This document shows, one piece after another, positions 61,845-64,000 of a stretch of 64,000 bases of DNA. The DNA is from Vicugna vicugna (lineage: Eukaryota), in assembly GCA_013265495.1 (NCBI GenBank), contig MU058065.1, positions 310,001 through 374,000 on the forward strand, read 5' to 3'. Positions within the stretch are counted from its first letter, which is position 1. Each line of letters begins with the position of its first letter. The notes under the pieces are model-generated. The model was given only the letters and a program-made list of their open reading frames with translations. It searched no databases and was not told where the DNA came from. Position numbers and translations under genes: made by a program.

Positions 61845-62900
61845 TTAAAAAATTTACTTTATCATATGTTCAGAAAAGTCCACAGATCATAAGCAGATGG
61901 CTCAATGAATTTTCAAAGTGAACACACCTATGTAACTACTACCTGGGTCAAGAAATAAAACGTTTCTAGTGGCCAAGAAGTGTCCCCTTGGGCTCTGCTT
62001 GTTCAGTAAACATCTTTCCTGAAAGGTAAAAAGCACCCTGACTCCTCCCACCACGAGTTAGTTTTGTCTGTTTCTGAGTTTCGTCTAAGTGGTGTAACAC
62101 AGCAATAAATTTCTTTATATATGGTTTCTTTTGCTCAATATTATATTCATAAGAATCAGGCATATTGTTGTGAGTAGCAGTAGTTTATTTCCACTGCTGT
62201 GTAGCATCCCATAGTATGAATATATTAACATTTACCGACTCTACTGTTGGTGGACATTAGTGTTGTTTCTGATTTGGGCTCTTATGGATGGAGATGCTAT
62301 GAGCATTCTTGTACCAGTCTTGTGATGCACCTACACACATACTTCTTAGAAGTGAATTCCTAGAGGTTGAATTGGTGGATATTTTTTAGGACATGTTATC
62401 TCCAAGTTTAGTAGATATTATTTTCCAAACCAGCTGTACCCATTTATATTCCCACCACCAGCATTTCAGTATTCTAGTTGCCACACATTTTAATAATGTG
62501 TCACGTTCATCTTTCTTCATTTTACCCTTTGTGGTGGGTGTGTCATAGTTTCTGACTGCAATTTCAGTTTGTATATCCAGCATGAGTAATGGTCCTTAGA
62601 ATCTTGTCCTCTTTGCTAATTGAGCATTTGGATATCCTCTTGTGTGAAGTGCTCATTCAAGCCTTTTGCCCATTTTTTTGGGGGGTTGTTCTATTTTTCT
62701 CATTAATTTGCAGACATTAAAAAATATTTTGGAGACAAACTGTTATAAAAACCTTTTCCCTTACTGTGGGGTTGCCTTTGTAATTTCTTAATTAATTGAT
62801 GAATTGAGGTTAATTCAATTTTAATAAATTAAGAAATTAATTCTTAACTTTAATATAGTATAATGTATCAATCTTATCTTGTACGGTTAGTTTTTTTTCT
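61845..62900 (-). mobile_element. Ancient L1 (L1MD/L1ME1-like) 3' region
   Basis: gctcaatgaattttcaaagtgaacacacc...ttgctcaatattatattc...gatgctatgagcattcttgtac...tgtgaagtgctcattcaagccttttgcccatttt. Confidence 0.8.
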
Positions 62901-64000
62901 TTTTGTATCATGTGTAAGATATTGATCAAGGAGTTGACAGGGCTGATTCTTTCTAAGGTCTGTGAGGACAATGAGGACAATATGGTCCAAGTCTCTTTCC
63001 TGGTGATCATCTTTCTGGGAGACACAATTCAACAGAGTGTGGGGTTCTCTCCGAGCAGACTGTTATCTAGAAGGGCCTATTATTTCAACTGGGAATATGG
63101 GGAAACGAGACATTTTATTATTTCATATAATGTTTGTTATCAAATTTCATCATACAATTTCTTGTCATATTTCATTGTCACGTGTGACTCTATGGACATG
63201 CTGAAGTTGAACATCAGGATAGAGCAATATGTTGTGAATGTCTGTTCGCTTTTCACTGAGTAATAATTTCTAACTTGAGCCTTTTCATATCCCTTCCAGA
63301 ATTTCCTGTAACTATTTGTATGCTAGATTTCTGTCCAAAGATAATTATGACTTCTATTATTTATTATGATTTTTAGGGGGGTTCTCATCTACAGCTGGTT
63401 ACTAGCTCCATCCACCTCCCCTTCCTTGTCACTCTGTACTTCTCAACAGCGGACAATTGGCTTCCTGATCCTATATGCTTGGACCATTGGAACTAAGGAC
63501 ATTCTCTACACCAGTGGTTCCTGTCTCCTCCACACTCCTATAATTTCTGCCAAGCTACTGGATTATGGAATTAATCTTGCCCACAGTACGGGGAATTTGA
63601 AAGGGCTCAGGCCAGCAGCTCACTGCGGCCAGTTCCATTACAATCCTGTCCCGTGGCTCTTAACACTCCTTTGTGAGCACACACCTTCCTTCCTGCACCT
63701 ACGGTGCCCAGACCTTTCAGTCCTGTGCTTCTAACCCTGAGTCCCATTCACTCCCACATTATCGAGAGCCCTCTGAGGGACTCCGCCAGACGAGAGGGCT
63801 TAGAAAAAGCAGATGTTTGCCTGTTGGGGCTGGACCGCTAAGATGTTCCTGCATGAATACTCACCTCTCAAATACCTTTGGACATTTCCTTTATAGCTTT
63901 ATAGCTGAGCCTTGTTCTCAGAATATACCTCTATGTTTTATTGCTGCCTCTAGTCCTGTCCAACCCAGAAATACTTCTCTCACTACTCTTCATTTTCTTT

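Noticed and set aside
1..64000. All ORFs in the supplied track as real genes; a novel multi-gene system
   Set aside because: All are 152 aa or shorter and many start at non-ATG codons. The recognisable ones are L1 ORF2 or SINE/LTR translations. I found no chain of in-frame exons, operon-like layout or repeat-spacer array.

Overview
This is not prokaryotic sequence. It is a 64-kb non-coding (intronic or intergenic) stretch of a mammalian genome, most likely a camelid (alpaca, llama or camel). That call rests on six copies of a tRNA-derived SINE matching my recollection of the camelid Vic-1 family, young L1 3' ends of the camelid type, and no ruminant, pig, primate or carnivore SINEs that I could recognise. 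I found no credible protein-coding exon, structural RNA gene or CRISPR-like array; the short ORFs are repeat-derived or chance. The window holds many interspersed repeats (L1, L2, MIR, MaLR/ERVL LTRs, hAT and Tigger DNA transposon fossils). Between them are repeat-free, homeodomain-motif-rich blocks that look like enhancer candidates. The clearest observations are two 5'-inverted (twin-primed) L1 insertions, one extremely short, plus nested elements and a few candidate non-coding exons. I could not support a novel biological system here. Repeat subfamily names come from memory of consensus sequences, boundaries of old elements are approximate, and both need RepeatMasker/Dfam confirmation.
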